Below, one piece after another: positions 25,814-36,556 of a DNA stretch of 64,000 nucleotides; position 1 is the stretch's first letter, and each line of letters opens with the position of its first letter. Location: contig OX597828.1 of NCBI GenBank assembly GCA_951406725.2, forward strand, positions 65,844,001 through 65,908,000, given 5' to 3'. The notes under the pieces are model-generated. The model was not told the DNA's origin. It saw nothing but the letters and a program-made list of their open reading frames with translations, and ran no database searches. The position numbers and the translations under genes are program-made. The DNA is from Octopus vulgaris (lineage: Eukaryota).

Positions 25814-26190
25814 AGTATGGTTGTGTGGTAAGAAACTTGCTTCCCAACCACATAGTACCAGGTTCAGTCCTACTGTGTAACACCTTGGGCAAGTGCCTCA
25901 GGCCAACCAAAGCCTTGCGAGTGGAGTGGAGCCCATCGTGTTTGTATGTAAGTATGTATGTATATATATATATACATATATATATAATGTGTGTGCTTAT
26001 CCCCCACCTCCACTTGACAACCAGTTCTGGTGTGTTTACGTTCTCATAACTTAGCAGTTTCGCAAAAGAGACTGATAGAATAAGTACTAGGCTTTAAAAA
26101 TAATAAATCCTGGAGTTGATTTGTTCAACTAAAGACCTTCAATGTGGTGTCCCAGTATGGCCACAATCAAATGACTGTAAAAGATAAGGA
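25814..26190 (+). mobile_element. SINE family B, diverged
   Basis: Head, internal TA microsatellite and 3' half are recognisable. Confidence 0.8.
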
Positions 26191-26233
26191 AAAAATGTTC
26201 ATTATGTTGTCTGCTTTTTTTTTTTATGCTGAT

Positions 26234-27388
26234 ATCATCATCATCATACATCCGTTTTCCATGCTAGCATGGGTTGGATGGTTTGACCAGGGTCTTTGAA
26301 GCCAGGAGGCTACACCAGGCTCCAGTCTGATCTGGCAGTGTTTCTACAGAGGGCTTCCCGCTCAGAGTAAAAGGTAGACTGTAGTATGCATGTGTACAAA
26401 CAGCCATACTACATGGCAGTGAAACATGGTCCATGCCTGCTAAGGACATGCGTAAGCTTGCAAGGAATGAAGCCAGTATGCTCCACTGGATGTGTAATGT
26501 CAGTGTGCATACTCGACAGAGTCTAAGTACCTTGAGAGAAAAGTTGTGCCTAAGAAGCATCAGATATATGCATGAGAAACGACTACGCTGGTATGGTCAT
26601 GTGGCGAGAATGGATGAGGATAGTTGTGTGAAAAAGTACCACACCCTAGCGGTTGAGGGAACTTGTGGAAGAGGTAGACCCAGGAAGACCTGGGATGAGG
26701 TGGTGAAGCACGACCTTCGGACATTAGGCCTCACCGAGACAATGACTAGTGACCGGGACCTTTTGAAATATGCTGTGCTTGAGAAGACCTGGCAAGCCAA
26801 GTGAGACCATAACCCATGGTCTATGCCAGGGGTCTAACCAGCCTACTTATGTGTACCTTTCCTTCATTGGACACTAAACTCTGCTTGCGAAGACCTGTTG
26901 AGGCAAGTGAAATCGAAATCAAATTCAATGACTGGCATCTATGCTAGTGGCGTGTTAAGAGCACCATCCAAACGTAATCGTTGCCAGGGCATCTGACTGG
27001 TTTCTGTGCTGGTGGCACATAAAAAGCATCTTTCGAGCATGATCATTACCAGCGTCGCCCTACTGGCACATGTGCTGGTGGCACAGGAAAAAAGTATTTG
27101 AGCGAGGTCATTGCCAGTGCCACTGGACTGGCTCCTGTGCAGGTGGCACATAAAAAGCACTATTTGAGCATGGCCGTTGCCAGTACTGCCTGACTGGCCC
27201 TCGTGCCGGTGGTATGTAAAAGCACTCACTACACTCTCGGAGTGGTTGGCGTTAGGAAGGGCATCCAGATGTAGAAACTCTACCAGATCAGATTGGAAGC
27301 TGGTGCAGCCTTCTGGTTCGCCAGTCCTCAGTCAAATCATCCAACCCATGCCAGCATGGAAAGCGGACATTAAACAATGATGATGATG
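26234..27388 (+). mobile_element. 5'-truncated RTE LINE (RT C-terminus, 3' UTR with unit array, (GAT)n tail) capped by an inverted family C 3' end
   Basis: 26352-26804 encodes ...HGSETW...RLRWYGHVARM...RGRPRKTWDEVVKHD.... The UTR and unit array run 26805-27230 and the tail ends at 27388. 26234-26350 is the reverse-complement tail. Confidence 0.92.
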
Positions 27389-28344
27389 AGTATAAATCAC
27401 TACCAATTCCACTTCTGTCTATTATTAAGCATGACCACTTCCCAGATGACAAAGTTTTGTATTTTCCTTGCAAATTGGTCTTTACTAGATTTACTTTCAG
27501 ATTTCTTGATTCTAAGCTCTGGTTTCATATTAGGAACTTTTCCTCATCTAGAGCTATACCACTGGCATATAGAAATTCTCACAGACAGCTAGTCTTAAAT
27601 TCTTTATGTTATAGCCTGGGATGACTAAGTGGGGAGCTGACAACTAGGATTTGATGGACATTTTCCTGCATAAAGAATCTTCTCACTGAACTCATTGCTA
27701 GCTCTCAGTTTGCTGACACCATGATTTTATCCATCATTTATGAATACTGACATTGCACAACCTGTAGAGTATGCTCCTGTTATTTCTTTCCAAGGCTCTT
27801 ACGAACTGTTCATCTACACTGTCTTCTTAACAACCATTGAACTACATACATTTTGAAGCCTTAAACCAGCTCAACAAATATTAAGTATGATGGCTTGCAC
27901 ATAGTCAATAACTTCTTCTGTTGTCTCAATGAGTAAAGCGCATTGAGGTGGGAAGGTAGGGTATTTCATTAAAGCTGTTCTTGTTTAATTAGCTGCCCTA
28001 TAACTCTGTCACTTTCAAGACTTCATCCATCAATTCTATCTCTCTGCAATTGCTTCTAGCTAGAATATCTCCTTTACTCTTGCTACAATATGCTAGTAAT
28101 TGAGCAACATAGTCGCATTTCAAGAATTAGGGTTGACCTGGAGTTAAACAATAACAACCTGATGGATCATGTGAATTACTGTGACCCACTTTGCCAGATA
28201 GTTTCAATATCTTAGTAACTATCTCTGATGCTTCTGTTTTCCTTGCCTTAATATGCTTAATAAACCTTTAACTATCTGCAAGTTCCTTTATTGGATCTAG
28301 TCTTATAGTTTCAATCTGCTTCCATAGTTTATAATATATATTTC

Positions 28345-28766
28345 GCTGGACTGATTCTTGTGCAGGTGGCAAGTAAAGAAACACCGTTTCGACCCTGTGC
28401 TTGAGATCTATTGAGTCAAGTACACCAACATCAAAAATCAATGGAAATTGTAGTTGTGATCCCTGTGCCGGTGGCACATAAAAAGCACCATCCAAATGTG
28501 GTTGATGCCAGCACCACCTTGACTGGCTTCCGTACCGGTGGTACGTAAAAAGCACCAACTGATTGTGGCCATGCCAGCCTCGCCTGGCACATAAAAAGCA
28601 CCCACTACACTCACGGAGTAGTTGGTGTTTGGAAGGGCATCCATCTGTAGAAACACTGCCAGATCAAGATTGGAGCCTGGTGCAGCCTTCTGGCTTCCCA
28701 AATCCCGGTTGACCTGTCCAACCCATGCTAGCATGGAAAACAGACGTTAAACAATGATGATGATGA
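28345..28766 (+). mobile_element. RTE family C 3' end with tandem units
   Basis: Units at ~28362, ~28464 and ~28531, then the tail and (GAT)n. Confidence 0.9.
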
Positions 28767-29276
28767 TTTCAAATAGTGTGTTTTGAAAATTTATTTTTGT
28801 TGTACTTCATGTCAAGATTCTGTGAAATGTTCTTTAGGGTACAAATAAAACTCCCCCTCCCCCTGAGTTATGGACCCACCCTAATTCTATCCTTTTTGTA
28901 TTGCATTTTCCTTGCAAAAGGTTTACAGTGAGATTGTTGACTGATACATCTGCTGATTCAGTCTATTATTTCGACTGGATAATTTTGATGTAAAGTGCCA
29001 GAAAGTTTCAGCACACTTCTTAACCTGCTCTTTGACACAATCTTGATTTGAATTTCCTGTTATTTTATCGACTAGATCTAGTTCTACTTTGAAAGGCTTT
29101 TCATCTCTTTAAAATACTTGTAGACTGCTGAGCAATATTACATGTAAGCATACTTATTTCATTTATGTGTGTGTAAAATGTATACATTTATAAACATGCA
29201 TAAATGTGTATGTGTAGATATATGGTTAAATGTGTGTGTATGTGCCTATATGTGTGTGTATTATCGGTGTGTATTT

Positions 29277-29947
29277 TTACTCTTTCACTTGTTTCAGTCA
29301 TTTGAAGGGTTTTTTAATCAAACAAATTGACCCCCAGGACTTAATTCTTAAGCCTATGTATGTACTCTATTGATTTCTTTTGCTGAACCTCTAAGTTACA
29401 GGGATGTAAACACACCAACACCGGTTGTCAAGCAGTGAGGGGGTGACAAACACAGCGTGGCTGTGTGGTAAGAAGCTTGCTTCCCAATCACACAGTTCCG
29501 GGTTCAGTCCCGGTGCATGACACCTTGGGCAAGTGTCTTCTACCCTTGCCTTGGGCCAACCAAAGCCTTGTGAGTAGATTTGGGAGACAGAAACTGAAAG
29601 AAGCCTCTCGTGTGTGTGTGCGTGTATATATATATACCTGTGCCGGTGGCACATAAAAAGCACCATCTGAATGTGGCCATTGCCAGCGCCGCCTTGGCTG
29701 GCTTCCGTGCCGGTGGCACATTAAAAGCACCAACCGATCGTGGCCGATGCCAGACCCCCCCTAGCACCTGTGCAGGTGGCACGTAAAAAGCACCCACTAC
29801 ACTCACGGAGTGGTTGGTGTTTGGAAGGGCATCCAGCCGTAGAAACACTGCCAGATCAGACTGGAGCCTGGTGCTGCCCCTGGCTTCCCAGACCCCAGTC
29901 GAACCGTCCAACCCGTGTTAGCGCAGAAAACAAACGTTAAATGATGA

Positions 29948-29983
<36 letters not shown>

Positions 29984-30335
29984 GATAGATAGATATAGAT
30001 AGATATGTGTGTGTGTCTGTTTACATCCCCATAACTTAGCAGTTTGGCAAAAGTGACCAAAACAAAAGCACTAGGCTTACAAAGGAAAAGTCCTGGGGTC
30101 GATTTAGTTCAACTAAAGGTGATGTTCCAATATGACCGCAGTCAAATGACTGAAACAAGTAAAAGAATGAAGCAATATACACACACACACACACACACAC
30201 ACTTCTTTCAGTTTCCGTCTACCTAATTCACTTACAAGGCTTTGGTCAACTTGAGGCTATATGGTACCAGACACTTTCCCAAGGACCGTGTAGTTGGGGA
30301 GTGAGCTTCTTACCACACAGCCATGCCTGTGCCTA
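29277..30335. mobile_element. Nested cluster: SINE B (-) containing SINE B (+) containing an RTE family C tail (+)
   Basis: B(-) 3' half 29277-29450; B(+) 5' half 29455-29636; family C 29637-29950; B(+) 3' half ~30005-30170; B(-) 5' half ~30180-30335. Confidence 0.8.
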
Positions 30336-30631
30336 TGTATGTATATGTTAATGTTCATCTCAAGACTATTGGCTCATTAGGGCTGAGTTTACCTTGGTTT
30401 TCAGGGCGTTGAATGACTGAGTCCCCACTGGACTTGGATGCCAAACACAGTTAACTCCCAGCTGTTGGTGGTACTCGTTCTCAACTAAGTGAAGCAATAT
30501 AAAATGAAGCGTCTTACTCAAGTATGCAACACACGGCATTGTGGTTGAAGTATTAGACTCAGGATTGTAATGTCATGTGTTCAATTCCTGGACTAGGCAG
30601 CTCATTATGTTCTTTAGTTATTTATATGTGC

Positions 30632-30636
<5 letters not shown>

Positions 30637-30701
<65 letters not shown>

Positions 30702-30976
30702 TTGTACGTTTACAAGCACACACATATATATACACATATATATATATATATATATCAACATAAAAAATCAATGGAAATTGTAGTTGTGATCCCTGTGCCA
30801 GTGGCACGTAAAAAGCACCCACTACACTCACGGAGTGGTTGGCGTTAGGAAGGGCATCCAGCTGTGGAAACACTGCCAGATCAGACTGGAGCCTGGTGCT
30901 GCCTCCTGGCTTCCCAGACCCCAGTCGAACCGTCCAGCCCATGTTAGCATGGAGAGCGGACATTAAACGATGATGA
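30637..30976 (+). mobile_element. (TA)n(TG)n microsatellite followed by an RTE family C 3' end
   Basis: Microsatellite 30637-30755, family C ~30760-30976. Confidence 0.85.
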
Positions 30977-32001
30977 TATGTGTGTGAAATTTTCTCCAGT
31001 TGCCTGCTGGCTACACTCTTCATTGCTGTTACTCTTTAAAAAGAAGTCAGCAAAATATCCACAATTGAAGATGCTCACCAAATCCGTGTGCATGAAATGC
31101 ACGTGCGCGTTTTTGCGCGTGAGTGTGTACGGTCCGTGTCTATGTTACACAGGTGTGTTCCTTGTCTCTGACAGAGATGGCGTCTAAGGGAGATAATTGC
31201 TTTTGAATATTCTGACTTTTCTCTTCAAATATACTGCTTATATGTTAACTATTAAACGATACTGCCTCTTGTTCTCTCTCCCACTCTTTTTGTTTCTTTC
31301 TTATACATTGTTATATCACACAAAGACATACTAAATGTACATAACATATCCCGTTTTCATGTTAATTTCTCATGTTCTAAATAATCTTCTTAGAATAAGC
31401 CAGGTTAAAATCTCATTTTTAATCTGTTGCTACTAATTCTTATTTGTCTCTCAGTGATTATCTCATTTGATCATGCTAGATGACCAAAAGCTTAATTTTT
31501 TTTTTAATTCTCATTACATTAGTTTGTGTATATTATTATTGTTTACACATAAATAGCTGTTTTTTTTTTTTCCTACTGTATGATGAATTTTTGTATTTTA
31601 AGAGTTAACAAAACTGCTAAAATGGAGGACAGTTTATTAGTGAAAGCGACTGTTCTGTCTGAATATAAAAGAAAATATGTACTTCTAGACACAATATTGT
31701 AACAATTTATAAATTTTATTTTTATTCTACATAATGTTAGTCATTTAAAATATATTTTTTATCAAATAACCCTAATTTACTAATCTGTACGATATGATAT
31801 TTAATCAATTTAGTTGACTCAATATATAACAGATACTTTTAATTTCAAAGGTTATGGAAGACGAAGTTAACCCAATTAACATTTTAAGTTGGACTTAAGA
31901 AACTAAATACTATAGAGTAATTAGTCCAGCTTAGCCATTTCTAACACTTTACTGTTTTACACTACTATTACTACTACTACTAATAATAATAATAATAATA
32001 A

Positions 32002-32570
32002 CTGCCCTGATGCCGTACCAGACAGTGGTTCTCATGGTTTCTGATCTTAACTGATTGGAAGTGTTATCATGTACATTGTTTTATCTTGGTATAAAAGATG
32101 GGCTACAGCAAAAATTCTGCTCAATACCACAGATTTGCTTGTCAGTTGTTTGACCTTAACCAGTTGAGCATGTCCCTTAGTGGCTGACGATATGTGCATC
32201 TCTGATCACGAGCAGAAGTAGTGGGGGAGCATCATAGCCATGTGTTGAGAGGGATTCTTTGGGGTTTGAATAATTCACCTCTGGAAAATGGGTGTTTCAT
32301 TCAACATCCTTAAACAACCCTTATTCAGGAACCTTTTGAGTGGGCTGGGTTACTCGACCAGAAGAAAATTGTAACTGGGCCCCACCTGCAAGGTCATGTG
32401 CTGTTTATTTTGATATAACATCACCATGTCGCACACATATGGTTGTGATGCATGTGCCTGGTGTACCCTTATCAGACGGGTAGTCATGATGGGTATACTG
32501 GGCTCTGTATATTTTAACCCAGTGTCACTTTGAAGGCATGCACTGCTCTCTCACTCAATAATAATAATAA
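32002..32570 (+). mobile_element. Probable Dong/R4-clade LINE 3' UTR inserted in a (TAA)n tract
   Basis: A GC-richer block flanked by (TAA)n on both sides (31981-32001, 32557-32570). Dong elements are known to target TAA repeats. No ORF is present to confirm the clade. Confidence 0.5.
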
Positions 32571-32879
32571 ATGATGGACTCTCCTGTCGAAGATGACGTA
32601 TAAGTGTTCAGCTTAAGCCAAATAACCTGCACAAATGATTTGTTTCTTTTGATCAAATGTATGTGCTGTGCATTAGCTCACTCCTCTTTCAAATCAACAT
32701 AAACAGGTGCATAATGTACAATACATTGGGTGTCAGAATGATCACAGAGCAACATGAGATGAGGTGTTTTGCTCAAGAACACAATGCACCATCCAATCTA
32801 GGAACTGAAGCCACTAAGCCATGCATCCTCATAACAATAATAATAATAACAATAATGATCCTTAGGCTTGAAATATTTT

Positions 32880-33281
32880 ATTTAGGGGAGTGGGCTAGTC
32901 AATTCCAACCTCAGTGCTCAACTGGTACTTAGTTCATTGATCCTGAAAGGATGAAATGCAAAGTTAACCTTGGTGGAATTTGAACTCAGAATGTAGAGAT
33001 GGACAAAGTGCATCTAAGCATTTTGCCTGACTTGCTGATAATTCTGCCAGCTTGTCACCTTAATAATCTTTCTACTATAGGCACAAGATCTGAAATTTTG
33101 AAAGAGGGAGTAGTCAATTACTTCGACCCTTGTGCTCAACTGGTACTTATTTTATCAACCTTGAAAATATGAAAAGCAAAGGTGACCTCAGTGGAATTTG
33201 AACTCATAACTTAAAGATGAACAAAATATTGTCAAGCATTTTCCCCAATATGCTAACAATTTCCCCCAACTCACCACCTTA
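32880..33281 (-). mobile_element. Two tandem diverged family A-related SINEs
   Basis: gtgctcaactggtactta...ggaatttgaactca...caccttaa occurs twice. Confidence 0.75.
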
Positions 33282-33855
33282 ATGATAATAATAACATAAA
33301 TAATAATGATAATAATTATGAGGAGGAAGAGTATGTTTTTTTTTTTTTTTTGGCTTGGAACCACTGGTAGATCATGTGACTATTTTAAGAACATAATTAC
33401 ATTAGCTTTGCATGACCTAAACGGCAAAAAAGCACTTAATTTTTTACAAAAGCGTACTTAATATTTTGTCCTTTTAATATGTCGTAAAACTGGTAAGGAA
33501 AATAATAGAAGTTAAGGGATTAAAAGAAAATATTTGTGTGTGGGTGCGCATGTGTGGCCATGAGCTCATAAAGTTCACTTTGTAACCATGTGATTTCAGT
33601 TTCAATCAGACTACCCAGTGTCTTCCATAGCCTTAGACTGACTGGCATGTGAATGGAATTCGTTGTTGCAGGCATGGCTATGTGATCAGGAAGTTCACTT
33701 TGCCACTATGTGGTTTCATGTTCAACCTCAGTGCCTAGGGTTCTTTTCCTATAGCTTTGGACTCACTGGTTTGTGAGTGGGATTCATTGACAAAAACTGA
33801 AGTAAATCCCATTAAAAGTGCTTGAATTATTTAAATCCTCCTGTAAACAAAACTC

Positions 33856-34277
33856 GGATCTTTTCGGTTTGAACGGCAGTTTTTTCTAGCGGTGTCATAT
33901 GAAATTGTCACCCATAATTATGACCCTAGAATCAATCTATTGCATTTCAATTTGTTTTAGGGTTAGGGTTAGTTAGGGGTGGGGGGAAGGGTATCTTTTT
34001 TTCTTCACAAATGTAAATAAACCCGATCTGTTTCTTAAACGAGGGACATATTCATATGGCACAGAATGCTTTTTAACTCAATAGACATCACTGATTGGTT
34101 GAAATTGCAGAAATTGAAGAAAAAAAAGAACAAATATCTTTATAAACTATAGAATTTTCTCAATAAAGCCAAGAGAAAAAGATGTTTTATAAACACATTC
34201 TACCAGTATACGAAGTTTAAAATTTTTTAGTTACCTAGAAATTATGTTAAAAACTGCCGTTCAAACCGAAAAGATCC
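33856..34277 (+). mobile_element. Merlin-like MITE, copy 3
   Basis: Perfect TIR. TSD caaaactc (33848-33855, 34278-34285). Confidence 0.92.
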
Positions 34278-34524
34278 CAAAACTCCTATACTTTCAGTGA
34301 CTGGATTGATTTCACTGTTAAGGACCAGTGGAAAGAAAAATGCCTTACTTGAAAATCAGTTCAGTTTGGTAACAGGAGAGAAACAAGCCAGCATGGAAAA
34401 CATAGAAACAGTGATGACTGATATGCACGCACACACACACATATAGAGTTCAAATAGCTGAAGCATTTCTCCAAATACTCTTTAATACAAGGTAAATGAA
34501 TTACTAAAGCCATACATAGATGAA

Positions 34525-34993
34525 CATCAATGGAATTTGTATCTTTGTGGTACCAGTGCCGGTGGCACACAAGAAAACCATCCAAACGTGGCCGTAGCCA
34601 GTACCGCATCGACTGGCCTCAGTGCTGTGGGCACGTAACAAACACCATCCGATCGTGGCCGTTTGCCAGCCTCATCTGGCACCTGTGTCGGCGGCACATA
34701 AAAACACCATCCGAGCGTGGCCGTCTGCCAGCCTTGTCTGGCACCTGTGTCGGTGGCACATAAAAAACACCATCCGAGCGTGGCCGTTCGCCAGCCTCGT
34801 CTGGCACCTGTGTCGGTGGCACATAAAATCACCCACTACACTCTCGGAGTGGTTGGCGTTAGGAAGGGCATCCAGCTGTAGAAACACTGCCACATCTGAC
34901 TGGCCTGGTGCAGCCTTCGGGCTCCCCAGACCCCAGTTGAACCGTCCAACCCATGCTAGCATGGAAAGCGGACGTTAAATGATGATGATGATG
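34525..34993 (+). mobile_element. RTE family C 3' end with the most homogeneous unit array
   Basis: Four ~62-66 nt units plus a partial fifth (34556-34833), then the tail and (GAT)n. Confidence 0.9.
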
Positions 34994-35440
34994 ATACAAT
35001 ACAGATTTATGTCATCATCATCATCATTGTTTAACATCTGCCTTCCATCCAGGCAGGAATCACCCAGGTAGAAGACTACACCAGGCTACTGTATCTGTTT
35101 TGGCAGGGTTTTTACAGCTAGATGCCCTTCCTAAACCCAACCACTCTGCAGAGTGGTCTGAATGCTTTTTATGTGGCACCAGCATAGGCAGGGTCAGTTT
35201 TAACCCGGTTTTTACAGTTGAATGCCCTTCCAAATACAAACCACTTCACAATGTGGACTGGATGCTTTTTACATGGCACCAACACTAGCAGGGTCACCAA
35301 GTTACTTGCAAGACAAGGAATTTTGAGAGTTTTCCACAAATTATCTACGTAGCTAATATACTCTACCAGTGCCATATGTGCAAGAAAATTCTGTGGGTTT
35401 TATTTCTTCAATAGTTTACCAAACTAAAAATGGCTAAGAT

Positions 35441-35825
35441 CATCATTATTTAACATCCATTTTCCATACTGGTATGGATTGGCTGATTTGACTGGATCTG
35501 GCAAGGCCAAGGGCTGCACTAAGCTCCATTGTCTGATCTGGCAGGGTGTCCATGGCTGGATGTCCCTCCTAATGCCAGCCTCTTCACAGAGTGTACTGGG
35601 TGCTTTTCATGTGGCACCAGCACCGCTATCAATTCTGTTGTGGAGTACGGATCTTGAGTACAGCAATGCACCAGATATCTCTGCCCTTAATCATCCCTTT
35701 CATAAGGCTCAGTGTCTTGAGATCAGTCATCAGTACTTCATCCCATATCTTCCTGGGTCTCCCTCTCCCACAAGTTCCATCCATTTTAAGTGATCAGCAC
35801 TTCTGTATGCAACTCTCTGCATCCA
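35441..35825 (-). mobile_element. Diverged RTE 3' fragment
   Basis: Tail plus cttcatcccatatcttcctgggtctccctctcccacaagttcc, which reads GTCGRGRPRKIWDE on the minus strand. Confidence 0.75.
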
Positions 35826-35828
35826 GAC

Positions 35829-35877
<49 letters not shown>

Positions 35878-36328
35878 GTGTGTGTGTATGTGCACATGTG
35901 TATAAAGTCCTATTCAACTATGTTCAATTACATTTGGATGTGAGAATAACTTCTCTTGCAGAGCTTGTCTTGGGAGAGAATTCTCCTCTTGGATGTGTGA
36001 ATTCTAGCTTGACCAAGCTTTTTGCACATCAGCATACATATCGTGTTCTGTTTCAATAAGAACAATCCCATTCTTACAAGGCTGTGTGTATGACCAATTT
36101 GGTTTCCATTGCTGACAGTGAAACAGTGCAGAAACACATGTCCTTAGTCTGTGAATGACATCATTTGATCCTATCTTGCATTCTGATGCATATTTAGGAC
36201 AATTTTCTCCTGGAACTAGCTCTGCAATGGGAGGTCTTCTCATGTCTAAGTGCAGTAGATGATGTAATGTACAATTTCATACGAATATATTTCATTCAAT
36301 ACTGCTTTGTGCAGTGTTATAGTGTGGT

Positions 36329-36556
36329 TCATCGTTTAACGTCCGCTTTCTATGCTAGCATGGGTTGGACGTGTGACTGAGGGCTGGCGAACCAGATGGC
36401 TGCACCAGGCTTCAATCTTGATCTGGCAGAGTTTCTACAGCTGGATGCCCTTCCTAACGCCAACCACTCCGAGAGTGTAGTGGGTGCTTTTACGTGCCAC
36501 CGGCACAGGGGCCAGTCAGGCGGCACTGGCAACGATCACGCTCGGATGGTGCTTTT
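36329..36556 (-). mobile_element. RTE family C 3' end
   Basis: Reverse complement of the family C tail plus one unit. Confidence 0.9.

Noticed and set aside
34556-34833. CRISPR-like look of palindromic repeats with variable spacers
   Set aside because: The 'spacers' are homologous to each other, the arrays sit in RTE 3' UTRs of a eukaryotic intron, and there are no cas genes.
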